A DNA stretch of 64,000 bases, taken from the IMG/VR virus record IMGVR_UViG_3300035520_000350, positions 96,466-160,465 of that record. The stretch is one strand, 5' to 3'. The position numbers and the translations under genes were made by a program. Below, one piece after another: positions 50,523 through 61,057 of this stretch (the first letter of the stretch is position 1; every line of letters begins with the position of its first letter). This DNA is from a virus (Duplodnaviria > Heunggongvirae > Uroviricota > Caudoviricetes). The notes below the pieces were generated by a model that was not told where the DNA came from, searched no databases, and saw only the letters and a program-made list of their open reading frames with translations.

Positions 50523-53500
50523 ATGGTTATAACAGATAGTCCAACCATACAGGCATATAAGAAGAATATGTCTGATTGTATTCGATTGTTGTTACCTAAT
50601 GTATCAGATGATGATCTACAACCAGTATTAGACTACTCAATAAAGAAACGTTTTAAAAATTCTGGTTGTAAGGTAGTTAATTCTTATACTAATAAGACTA
50701 CTGATATGACTCTCTTAGCAGTATCAGACTACATCAACCAAAGAGAGCCTATAGTAACAGCTTTCGGAACTATGTTTAAGCATCATGGAAAGGTACCTAA
50801 TCCTTTAGCCGTTGTTGTACAAGGATTCCTTGATCAACGTCAAATAGATAAGGGAATGATGTTTAAGTATCCAAAAGGTTCAGAAGACTTTGAGAAATAT
50901 AACCTGCTCCAGTCCTTAACTATAAAGGTCCAGGGACATATGGGAAGTGATTCTCATATACAAACTGTCTTAACGGCTGGAAAGCTCTAATGACTAAATG
51001 GCTACAACGTAATGAGAGATCATAAGCGTGAATGCAACCGAAAGGTAGAAAGAATATTTAGTATAAGTATATGGTGATAGTAAGCCTAAGTACTTTAATA
51101 ATGAGTAATCAGCAAGGAAGCCTATATTTGATTATGTAGGAATCTTCAACGACTATCGAAAGGTAGACAACCATATAGTAGAAATACGAAATAGATTGGA
51201 GCTTAAATTTGGAATCTAGGTGGTTTGAGAATAAGGTATAGAGATATACACGAACTGAGTAGAGTAGAGCCTGTATGGTTAGTATTAGAGTGATATTAGC
51301 TCTATGTAAAATCTATTGAATCGAAAGAGACAGTATCTCTGTGATATGACAACAGTATCACAGAGATAAAAATATAGTCTAGAAACGTGGACAAGATAGA
51401 CGCCAACGGTACGGAATAATGCTATATTGGTATTATATAACTGCCGCCCTAGCTCGAAAGGGTTAGGTGATAAGATCAAGAAATTTTCTGGGAAGGGCTA
51501 ATGATCTAAATGCCTTATTATAAGGAAGCGAAAGCAAAAGGTAAAGGTTTAGATATGGTATATGGTGATAGTAAGCCTAAGTACTTCCGTTACAATGTCC
51601 AATCAGCAGCCAGCCAAATATTGTAAGATATTTGTAGGTTCATCGACTAAGAATTTTTTGGCGTCGGCTATCATGATTGATAGCTTTCTGTAGGGTACAA
51701 GCGTACTCGAAACCTGGTCTACCTAAGTGAGAATAATCTCATATGGTAAAGATATAGTCAGTGCATAACGAGAAAAACGTTAGAAGGTTGGATGTAGCGA
51801 ATCCGATCGTAACAAAGCAGATCTATGGCGTACTTGGAATGTATACGAGTCTTGTATACAATATTAACGTCGCTACTAGTGTTACTAGTTCTGGTAGAAG
51901 TCTTGTATCATCTATGACAATGTTCTTCGAAAGCTTCTTAGCGAATAACGTTAAGTTTGGAAGTGTTAATGAGGTTCTTACCTTTATAAAGAACGTAATG
52001 AGTGAGAAACTGAATAGAAGATATAACGACAGAGTAGTATTAGACCATAATGTAACAGTAGTAGATTGTTTCGTTAAGGTAGTAATGAGTTGTGGTTATA
52101 GATGGATACCAAACAATAATGAGTTAGAGGTTATATGGCAGGCAATACAGAACTTATCTCAGGAGGATATCAATAGAGTTTACTATAAGAATAACTTGTA
52201 TGAGTTCATGGAAAATAGTACATTAAGAAGAGCTATTGAGACAATCATGAAGAATCTTGATGAGCCATTCATGAATCCTAATAAGCCACCGAAGAATGTA
52301 ATTCCTATGCTTGATGAGTTAACTGAACTCATGAGAGAGTATGTGTATTATAGGTATATGTATATTGACAGAACAGACAGATGTGACAATATGATCAAGT
52401 CAGTTACATTAGTATCAGATACAGATAGTACCATTATATCTCTTGATGCTTGGTATAGATATAATCTTGAACACCTTAAGGATATAGACTTTCCAATTAA
52501 GAAAGTAGCAGAAGATGCAATATATCAGATAGAGAAGGATGAGTTTGGTGACATAACAGATGGCTCTAATAAGGTTATCGAAGATATAGAGACTAAGTAT
52601 GATTACGATTTCTTCTCTGATGAGTTGATTGAGCTTAAGCATACTACTAATCCATTAATAGTACTTCCTCAGGATAATATAAGGCATAGTATCCTAAATA
52701 TCTTAGCTTATGTATTAGATAAGCTTGTAAACGACTATATGATGAAGTATTGCTTCAACAATAACTCATATAGAAGCGATGATATAAGAAAGTGTAAGAT
52801 CATAGCTAAGAATGAGTTCTAGGGATTTAAAATTATATTTGATTCTTATCTTCTTTATAAAATAACTTTCTAAAGGAGACATAAGAATATGAAAATTTAT
52901 AAAGCAGTTGAAAGATTGGACCTTCAAAGACCTGTACAATTAGTTAGACCAGTTACAGATTATAATGGTAATATTGTCAATAATCTATGCATATCTGACA
53001 ATTGTGAGTTATATGATATAGATGAATATAACTCACATGATTATTTCGGAGATTGTCCTCAAGCTAATATAAAAGTTCGTGAGGATAGTAATGGACGTTT
53101 ATATTCAAATATAAACATTGATCCAGAGTGTCCTAAAAGAACACAACATCTAGCAAGAGTAATGCTAAAAGCTTTTGATGAAGAGGATCATAGTAAAGAA
53201 TTTTATGATACAGTGCAAGCAGATCATATAAATCCATCAATACCTGTAAGTAATCAGTTAGATAATTTAGAGTGGGTTTCTCCTGCTGAAAATATGTATA
53301 GAGCTGGACAAAGAGGCGTTATGATAAAGAAGTATGATAAGGAGCTCGTAGGTGAAATATGTCAAATGATTTGTGACAGAGTTCCGAGAAAAGAAATTAA
53401 AGAGACTCTTGGTGTAAATGGTCAATTGATAGATGATATAAGATCAGGAAGATCTCATAAAAGTGTATCAGAGTTATATCTAGATAAAGGTTTTGAGTAT

Positions 53501-54796
53501 AAAGTATATTCAAAAGAAGAAAAAGCTATGAAAGATCAATAGCTGATGAGATCTGTAAACTTTTAGAGAAAGGATATAGGAACTGTGATATAGTAAGAAT
53601 GACTGGAGCTGATCATAGATTTATATCTGCAATCAGTTGTAGACAAGCTTATAAACACGTTTCAAGTAAATATAATTTTTAAATCGTATCCATAGGAACT
53701 TGCATCAGGATGGTAAACTGATGCTGGCAACCACCCTAATTGACTGGGAATAATCGACAATAGATATAAACTACAACGTGGTTGGAAACGACGAGCGTGA
53801 ATGTTCTAAAAATTATATCTTTAGATTAGATCAGCAAGGAAGCCTATATTTAATTATATGGGAAATCTTCAACGACTATCGAAAGCTAGATAATCATGCA
53901 GTAGAAATACGAAATAAAGAGAAATCTTTAGGTGATTTGAAAATAAGGTATAGAGATATACACGAAGTGAGTAGACCGAAATAACGGCTTAGGTACATCC
54001 GAAAGGGTGGAAAGAGGTGGGTCCTCCATAGAAACTTGGTAACAGAGTTTCAAGGAATATAATATAGTCTAGCGTAAAATAGACGACCGCTGTATTTCGT
54101 CGTCTTCTGATGACACCTGTTAAGAAGTCTTACGCTACACTACAGGAAGTTCAGGAAGGTAATAGAGTTCCGGAAGATGAGCAGCTTGATATCAAAGGTA
54201 TTGCTTCTATGGCTAAGTCTTCTATGTCTGAAAGTACGAGAGAAGCTCTTAAGAAGATATTGTATGAGGATATATTGAATACTCCTAGTATAGATCAGTT
54301 TAAGATAATTAAGCATGTTGCTGTACTAGAGAAGAAGATCATCAACTCTTTGTATGATGGTTCTAAGGAGTTTTATAAACCTGTAACTATCAAGGCTGCA
54401 TCTTCATATCAAGATCCAATGAGGATACAAGGCATTAAAGCATCTATAGTATGGAATGCATTGAGAGATGAATCATTAGAGGCTATCAATCTTGATGAAA
54501 GAAATGCTGTAGATATAGCTAAGGTAAAGATCAATCCTAATACCTTACTTGATATAAAGGATAAGCATCCTGATGTATATGAGAAAGCAATGAAGCTAAT
54601 GGAGCAGAAGGCTTTCAAAGGAGGTATTGATAGTATAGCAATTCCTCTTAATGTAGCAGTGCCCGATTGGTTACTTGATCTTATTGACTACAATACTATC
54701 GTAAACGATAACGTAGGTGGTTTTGTATATGACAGTGTTGGAATCAAGAGATTTGGTAGAACTAGGGTAAACTATACTAATATCTTACAGCTATAA
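50523..54796 (+). CDS. Family-B DNA polymerase (polymerase-domain subunit), spliced: exons 50523-50916, 51388-51410, 51821-52820, 54093-54796 (706 aa)
   Basis: Splicing restores LLQSL-DKIDANG-IYG (motif B) and KNEF-LFRRLLMT; SDTDS (motif C) is in exon 3; the exons sum to 2121 nt. Confidence 0.85.
50917..51387 (+). mobile_element. Group I intron 3 (ORF-less) in DNA polymerase
   Basis: P1 GTCCT/GGGAC with U-G; P10 GTCCA/TGGAC; P3 ACTGTCT/AGACAGT; R TTCAACGACTA; S ATATAGTC. Confidence 0.9.
51411..51820 (+). mobile_element. Group I intron 4 (ORF-less) in DNA polymerase
   Basis: P TTCTGGGAA, Q AATCAGCAGC, R TTCATCGACTA, S AAGATATAGTC; ends in G before ATC TAT GGC. Confidence 0.85.
52821..54092 (+). 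mobile_element. Group I intron 5 carrying an HNH homing-endonuclease gene in the P1 loop
   Basis: Exon GAGTTCT pairs with IGS GGAACTT (~53696), which lies after the ORF; P, Q, R and S elements present; ends in G before TA TTT CGT. Confidence 0.85.
52889..53542 (+). CDS. HNH homing endonuclease (I-HmuI-like); a second HTH repeat continues in the -1 frame
   Basis: QADHINP...NQLDNLEWVSPAENM; own AAAGGAG RBS. Confidence 0.85.
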   Translation: MKIYKAVERLDLQRPVQLVRPVTDYNGNIVNNLCISDNCELYDIDEYNSHDYFGDCPQANIKVREDSNGRLYSNINIDPECPKRTQHLARVMLKAFDEEDHSKEFYDTVQADHINPSIPVSNQLDNLEWVSPAENMYRAGQRGVMIKKYDKELVGEICQMICDRVPRKEIKETLGVNGQLIDDIRSGRSHKSVSELYLDKGFEYKVYSKEEKAMKDQ

Positions 54797-55012
54797 AAAC
54801 ACTAGAAGTAGTACTGTGATACTACAGTACTACTTCTTTACATTACACTAACGCTTTTAAACATAAAAGTAAATCGTGATAATAATCAAATCCGACAGTA
54901 TCGGTTGTTTATATAGACAGATGTCTGCAGCCAAAACACTAGAGTGTAAGATAAAAGTATACATCATTAGAAATAATGATATACTATATAAATGCATGAA
55001 AGGAGAAACTTC

Positions 55013-55165
55013 ATGGCTAAAGAAGTAGGAATGATTTGTGAACAGGGAGACATGGGACTTTTCTATGATCCGTTGAGCGAATCAGACCAGAAAACTTATG
55101 AACAGCAGAGACAGAAAGAAAACAGACGTAAGTCTAACTCTGCAAGTAACGAGGAGAACAAGTGA
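55013..55165 (+). CDS. 50-aa small ORF
   Basis: GAAAGGAG RBS; MAKEVGMICEQGDMGLFYDP...; absent from the ORF track. Confidence 0.55.
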   Translation: MAKEVGMICEQGDMGLFYDPLSESDQKTYEQQRQKENRRKSNSASNEENK

Positions 55166-55213
55166 TGTTTTACATCACTTGTTTTTCTTTGATTTGTCGA
55201 GGAGGAAAATATC

Positions 55214-56107
55214 ATGACAAACGAATTACTATTAACGAGGAGCAACACAACACAAAGAATCAGTACCAAGCAGGAAACACTTATGAGGAACATGTTTCTT
55301 ATGAAGATCTTCTGTGTTTTCTGCTTAGTCATCGCTGCATCTGCTTTTATAGCAGGAGGAAATAATGCCATTAAACTTGCTGAGGTTGAAGCCGATTATA
55401 ACAAACTTGAATCTGATAACTTGGCTTTGATCAATCAGTACAACGAACTGTATGCTACATATGATGGACTGTATACTGAATATGTAACAAATGTTGAGTA
55501 TGCCTACTCATGTGAGGATACTATTATCGGACTGAATGAACTGGTAAACGAGTTAGACGAACAGTCTCAGAGTTTAGCAGAGTCCAATGAAGAGTATTAT
55601 CAGACAATTCAACAATATCAACAGAGAGAAGAGTTGTTTGACAAATACGAGTATTGTATTATTAGACAAGATGAAGGTACTCGTACTGATATCACTTATG
55701 ACCAACTAATCAACTTAGAGGAGGTGGCAGAAGAAAAGAATATAGATGTAGATCTTGTTCTTTCAATATGTATGGTTGAGTCAGATGGTGATGAGACTTG
55801 TACTAGTACTACATCAACAGCCAGAGGCTATGGACAATTCTTAAGTGGAACTGGTAAGTTCGTATATGAAGACTTAATGAATGGAGATAGCTATAATCAT
55901 AGTATGGCTCTAGATGGTGACACTAATTTAGAAATGATGGTATACTACTTGGATTATCTTATAGATAAGAATAACGGTAATCTATATGCATCATTAAAGA
56001 ACTATAGAGGTAAGGGTGGGAATGTTCTTACTAACTATATCAAACGAATAGATAGCTACTTAAGTAGCACCGGTAAAAGTGTTGCGTCTATAGATGACGA
56101 ATATTGA
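55214..56107 (+). CDS. Membrane-anchored coiled-coil plus lytic transglycosylase (SLT-like)
   Basis: N-terminal TM helix, coiled coil, then ICMVESDG...TARGYGQF...ASLKNYRG. Confidence 0.75.
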   Translation: MTNELLLTRSNTTQRISTKQETLMRNMFLMKIFCVFCLVIAASAFIAGGNNAIKLAEVEADYNKLESDNLALINQYNELYATYDGLYTEYVTNVEYAYSCEDTIIGLNELVNELDEQSQSLAESNEEYYQTIQQYQQREELFDKYEYCIIRQDEGTRTDITYDQLINLEEVAEEKNIDVDLVLSICMVESDGDETCTSTTSTARGYGQFLSGTGKFVYEDLMNGDSYNHSMALDGDTNLEMMVYYLDYLIDKNNGNLYASLKNYRGKGGNVLTNYIKRIDSYLSSTGKSVASIDDEY

Positions 56108-56304
56108 TAACAGTCCTTAGGACTTTTAATATAAAATATTACAATTGAATATAACTGAGTGGAGTTAGATCCTATTAAAACTGATAGAGGTATAAGCCAG
56201 AGGTGTTACATTGACACCTCTGGTTTTATGATATTACGTACTTTTATTTTTACACAGTCAACCACCTATTAGTAAGATAAATAACAGAGAAGAAGGTATG
56301 TGTT

Positions 56305-57183
56305 ATGTTTGAAAGCTTAATGAAGTTAGACGATGACTTTGGTCAGAAAGAAGTAAAGAAGTCTATACCTAAGTTTATAACAGTAGAACTTAGTATGGGT
56401 ACTCTACTCGCACAGTTGAGTGATATATCATCATTGTCTGATAGTATGATACAGGATATTATCTATAGACAGTATGATGTCATATTAAACTATGATATGT
56501 TTTTAGCAAGTAGCGAGTCTAGAGCAGTAGCTCAAGGATTATTCACTAATGAAAGATTCTTGAGTAATCTTGTAGCATGTGCTAATAACCTTGATTTGAA
56601 TGAGCATCAGGTTATATGCTGTAACAAGTTAGCATACGATTACATTGCTTTGCATTCAGCTACTGATTGTAATCAGGTTATAAGAGACTTGCTTATGGAG
56701 CTTAGCTTTAGGGTTAATCTTAAGACAGTATTAGCATTGTCTTCTATTATAGGCTTAGATAATGCTAAGTACTTAGCTATGCTTAGGAAGTCTTCATTCA
56801 AAGAGAATAAGAACGTAATGAGGGTTAATAGATTCCTCATTAAGTCTGGTTTAGAGTTGATAGAACAGAATATGATAGATATCTATTGTAAGATGTTTGA
56901 TAGTGTTTCAATACTGTTCACTACTACAATGTTTAGCTTACCTGAACCAGATTATACGAAATTAGAGCTCTTTAGATACGAAGAAATGTCAAAAGCGATG
57001 ATAGATCTGATTGACAGTATGCCTATAGCTGAAATGAAGATTGTGTTATCAAATTACGCTAGTTCATACTCTATAGGAGGAGAACCTAAGGTAAGGTTCA
57101 GTATGAAGAATATACATGAATCATATATAAGAATCAATAAAGCTATAGAAGAATTGCTTGAAGACGGGATTATTGTACCATAA
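56305..57183 (+). CDS. Hypothetical protein
   Basis: 292-aa ORF. Confidence 0.7.
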   Translation: MFESLMKLDDDFGQKEVKKSIPKFITVELSMGTLLAQLSDISSLSDSMIQDIIYRQYDVILNYDMFLASSESRAVAQGLFTNERFLSNLVACANNLDLNEHQVICCNKLAYDYIALHSATDCNQVIRDLLMELSFRVNLKTVLALSSIIGLDNAKYLAMLRKSSFKENKNVMRVNRFLIKSGLELIEQNMIDIYCKMFDSVSILFTTTMFSLPEPDYTKLELFRYEEMSKAMIDLIDSMPIAEMKIVLSNYASSYSIGGEPKVRFSMKNIHESYIRINKAIEELLEDGIIVP

Positions 57184-57271
57184 TATGGTGGGTATAGGTG
57201 AAAAACCTATACCCACTTATTTGTAATAATATACTATAAATTTATAGTAACGAAAGGAAGGTATAAAAGTT

Positions 57272-58099
57272 ATGATATATGGAAACTTGAATGAAGAAAC
57301 AACGAAGAAAGAGGAGGACAAGAAAGTGAATAAGGAGAGCACAGAGCAGATATTAGAAGACTGTATTAATATCATTAACTCTATTGGTACACAAGAGATC
57401 AGTGATGAAGAAGTAGAGAAAGGTATCTATGATATGAGACATGAGGACTTCAATAAGTTGATTCAGTCTTGTGGATTGTCTCAGTTGATTATAGAGAATC
57501 TTGGTACTACAGAACCAACAACAGAGGAAGTTTATGCTTTACTTGATGAACTTGGCATTACGGTAAGTAGCGATAACCCTTATCATGTAGCAGTACCAGT
57601 GATTTTAAATGAAGCTGGCACAGAAAGTGATATTGAAGCTTTACTGGAATCTGCTAAGAGCGAAGCTAATAAATATCTGAGCAGTATTAAAGTTCAATAT
57701 GAGCATATGCTCAAATATAGATTCCAAAATAATGAAAGACAAGGAGCATCGTGGGCTGATACCATTAGAAGAGAGCAACTTTATAGAGTTGATAAGCTCG
57801 GTATTTCAAATAGAGGAGTTTATAATAGGATAATGGCTGGATTAGATGATGCATATGATGAAGCACGTTCAGAAGCCGCAGCAGAAACTAAAATGAGTAT
57901 AGACAAGTTTCCTAAGGACATTCCTCCTTTATGGGATGACATAAATAATCTGAACGATGATGATGAATTCTTGAGGACATTCCTAATTAGATATGCTAAT
58001 AAGAATTCTTCATCTACTATGGATTATTTGGAGAAATCATACGGAGATAAGGAGGACTGGGATGAGAGATGGGAGGACGAAAGATTTTATGATCTATAA
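57272..58099 (+). CDS. Putative head protein (MIYG start; LNE/LLES motifs)
   Basis: MIYGNLNEE, ILNEA, LLESA. Confidence 0.55.
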   Translation: MIYGNLNEETTKKEEDKKVNKESTEQILEDCINIINSIGTQEISDEEVEKGIYDMRHEDFNKLIQSCGLSQLIIENLGTTEPTTEEVYALLDELGITVSSDNPYHVAVPVILNEAGTESDIEALLESAKSEANKYLSSIKVQYEHMLKYRFQNNERQGASWADTIRREQLYRVDKLGISNRGVYNRIMAGLDDAYDEARSEAAAETKMSIDKFPKDIPPLWDDINNLNDDDEFLRTFLIRYANKNSSSTMDYLEKSYGDKEDWDERWEDERFYDL

Positions 58100-58691
58100 T
58101 GATTTCTATGATATGTATAAGGATGATATTGCTAAAGGAGAAGTATCTCAAAAATGCATGAAGGATTTTCTAACAGTAATGGAAGAAGATCTCAACCCAA
58201 GTGAACTAAGTTTTGCAATGAATAGTATTAATAGTTTGATAATCAAGCTAGTATACTTCATTACCAATAATGCTTATCAAACAGATGAGCAAATAAGAGA
58301 AGTTGTAAGAGCTCAATCATTAGCCAGTACTGTTGTGGATGATAAGTGGTATGATAATCTTATTAAAGAATCAGTAACTCCAGATAAAATCAAAGAGAAG
58401 TTTATGGATGCTTTCAAAGGTGTCAGCGGTTTAAGAAATGCTCCAGGATATCAATCTCATTCTTGCGATGAGTTAGGTGATGAGTGGTTTGACTATAAGT
58501 ATCTAATAAAGAATTCAAGAGATTTAATGATAATGTATGCTAGAACTAACGAAGCTAAGTTTTATCTTAATATAACAGAAAACCCAGTTCCAATGTATGA
58601 AGATAAGATTAAAGAATGTGAATCTCTGATAAAGGAGTACAAAATCTATATAGAGGAATACAATAGAAATGCCAAAGAGGGTAGGACTTAA
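58089..58691 (+). CDS. Hypothetical protein (MIYN start, IKES motif)
   Basis: Start moved to the ATG after GGAGG. Confidence 0.6.
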   Translation: MIYNDFYDMYKDDIAKGEVSQKCMKDFLTVMEEDLNPSELSFAMNSINSLIIKLVYFITNNAYQTDEQIREVVRAQSLASTVVDDKWYDNLIKESVTPDKIKEKFMDAFKGVSGLRNAPGYQSHSCDELGDEWFDYKYLIKNSRDLMIMYARTNEAKFYLNITENPVPMYEDKIKECESLIKEYKIYIEEYNRNAKEGRT

Positions 58692-58768
58692 GTCCTACCC
58701 TTATCCTAAGTGTTTATTTCTTACTCCAGAACACTATAATAATTATGATGTAAGGAGGGTAAGAAATA

Positions 58769-59962
58769 ATGGGCTATGATAATGTGACATCTGTTATAGT
58801 TACTAAGCTATATCCTAAAGTAGCTACCTCAATGGAAAAGAATACCAATGCTTTGAAGAAAGTTATATCTGACTTTATAAATAAGAACTATGACTTACTG
58901 TATGCTACAGCACCTTATGATAGAATCTATTTCAATCAGAATGATATAGATGCTATCTTTAAAGCATTGAAGATAACTGAGAAAGAAGTTATAGATATTA
59001 TGGAGGATACATTCTTCTGGAATGAACCCTATAATCCTCAGTGTGCTAAAGAGCCTTATGTAGAAACACTATTAATGTGTATAAGGTATCTTCTTATAAA
59101 AGGAAAGAGAAAAGATGCTGAGATAGTAACTATATACTTAGCATTCTCTGGTAAGTTATATGCTTCAGTACATGGTTTACTATTCCCTTTAGCTCCACCG
59201 TCTAAGTACCCAGCAGTAATGGATTATGTGGTGAACAATATGCTTACTGAGAAATTCGATCTTAGAAAGTATGGTACTGTATTTGGAGCTATAAGATCAT
59301 TGTGTATGACTTGGTTAGATACTTATGGTGAGGAGCTTAAGTCTACATCTAACAAGATAAACGATGATAGATGCGGCAAACTGATTCAGCAATTGAGAGA
59401 TAGAGAAAGATCATTCTTGTATAATATTAGTAATCTCTATTATAATGCATATGAGAATAAGCTATACTTAAACTATGAGACAGACAACTTAGAGAGTGGA
59501 GCAGAGTTCCGTATAACGGATAATGATGCTCAAAGAGCTGCTAGATATACTGAGAATGCAGTAAACTATCTAGTATCTAATTCTGTATCTCTTCAGTTAT
59601 GCAACAAGTGTAAGGATCAGAATATTAAGGCTACTGAGATAAAGGATATCATGGAAGCCATAGTAAGTAACAACGATAACTTACCTGCATTGAGAAGAGT
59701 TATCAATATCCTTATATGCGACTTTATGAGAAACTATAGTGGTAAACCTATATCATCTGTAGAGTTTATCTCTCATAGTATTAAGGCTAAACCTAATACC
59801 AAGGATAAGTATATCATAGAGCTTAAAGAAACAATAGCAGGATGGTTGGATGAAAACTCTGAGAACTATAGAAGACGTAAGAGTAGAATCTCAACTCAGA
59901 ACTCTTATCAAAAAGCAATACTTATGTATATAGTACTGGTTATAAACCAGACATCAAAGTAA
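58769..59962 (+). CDS. Putative virion structural protein
   Basis: 397-aa ORF behind a late-type promoter at 58730. Confidence 0.55.
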   Translation: MGYDNVTSVIVTKLYPKVATSMEKNTNALKKVISDFINKNYDLLYATAPYDRIYFNQNDIDAIFKALKITEKEVIDIMEDTFFWNEPYNPQCAKEPYVETLLMCIRYLLIKGKRKDAEIVTIYLAFSGKLYASVHGLLFPLAPPSKYPAVMDYVVNNMLTEKFDLRKYGTVFGAIRSLCMTWLDTYGEELKSTSNKINDDRCGKLIQQLRDRERSFLYNISNLYYNAYENKLYLNYETDNLESGAEFRITDNDAQRAARYTENAVNYLVSNSVSLQLCNKCKDQNIKATEIKDIMEAIVSNNDNLPALRRVINILICDFMRNYSGKPISSVEFISHSIKAKPNTKDKYIIELKETIAGWLDENSENYRRRKSRISTQNSYQKAILMYIVLVINQTSK

Positions 59963-60033
59963 ACAATAATGTGAGAGTGGTTTTACAATCACTCTCACTT
60001 TTTATTAATTTTTATAGAAGGGACTTAAGAAAT

Positions 60034-61023
60034 ATGATTAGAATGGAAGACTATGGATACTGTTTAGAGGAGTACTTATATTCCTTAGAGAATGGGGAAG
60101 TTAAAGAGATTAGCTATACCCAGCATGATGATAAAGGAAATGATATACTTACAGCAGGAGTAGAAAAGAGAGATGGTCAATGCTATCAGTCTGTTGTAAA
60201 ATGGTCTCAGAATAGTATTGATAATGAAAGTCATGGATATCTTAACCATGAAGTACCAGAGATGAGACTGTTCTTTGATTATCTTAATGATGAGAATAAG
60301 AAGTTTAAGTTTGAAGATATCACTGTATATAGTTATGAGAATGCTCCTGTACAAAATAGAGACGAGTATTCTATATATCCTATTAAGGGAAGAGATGATA
60401 TTGAGTTAAGCATAGATAGGAATAACGTAGCTGTATGCGATGAGAATAAGGTAATCAAAGTATACGGTAGAAATTCATATGGTAATCCAGACTTTGGTAG
60501 ACCATATGAAGAGATTAGGATATTTGATCCAGATGTGGTAGTACATGAGTTATATTCCTATATGGAAGTAGCTGTAGTAAGTGAAATGAAGAAGCTTAGT
60601 AATAGTTTCTACTATTCTTTAGCTCAATCTCCTATAGATGTCTTACAGAAGAAAGTAACTAAGTATAGAAACTGGGATAGAAACAAAGAGTGGAAGATAG
60701 TATATGATAACGACAATATGGTAGAAACAGTAAGCTCTTTATATAATCTTCTTTCTAGAAGCGAATCTGTTACTAAAGAAACAGATGATAGAAGTGAAGT
60801 GTGTGAGATTAAGGATTCTATATATCCTACTCTACTTACTCCTAATCATAAAGATCTTCTATATCCATTCCAGCAGTTATGGACTCATGATCATATGGAA
60901 AAGGATGGTTATGGTAATATAGTAGAGTTTGAAAGATTAATATACTTCATAGATAAAGATAAGTTAGATGATCTTCATAGGATACTGGATAAAGATGTAG
61001 ATAAGCTAATGATTGGTAATTAG
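60034..61023 (+). CDS. Hypothetical protein
   Basis: Start moved to ATG 60034; about 329 aa. Confidence 0.65.
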   Translation: MIRMEDYGYCLEEYLYSLENGEVKEISYTQHDDKGNDILTAGVEKRDGQCYQSVVKWSQNSIDNESHGYLNHEVPEMRLFFDYLNDENKKFKFEDITVYSYENAPVQNRDEYSIYPIKGRDDIELSIDRNNVAVCDENKVIKVYGRNSYGNPDFGRPYEEIRIFDPDVVVHELYSYMEVAVVSEMKKLSNSFYYSLAQSPIDVLQKKVTKYRNWDRNKEWKIVYDNDNMVETVSSLYNLLSRSESVTKETDDRSEVCEIKDSIYPTLLTPNHKDLLYPFQQLWTHDHMEKDGYGNIVEFERLIYFIDKDKLDDLHRILDKDVDKLMIGN

Positions 61024-61057
61024 TAAAAGTGTAAAATTTGGATCACATATTATAGAA

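Noticed and set aside
53778-53984. 68-aa ORF (and 51285..51479)
   Set aside because: They lie in intron catalytic-core RNA and are chance open frames.
28562-54796. ORF-track fragments 28562, 34895, 51761 and 54110 as separate genes
   Set aside because: They are downstream exons; their apparent starts lie in intron sequence or inside the spliced frame.
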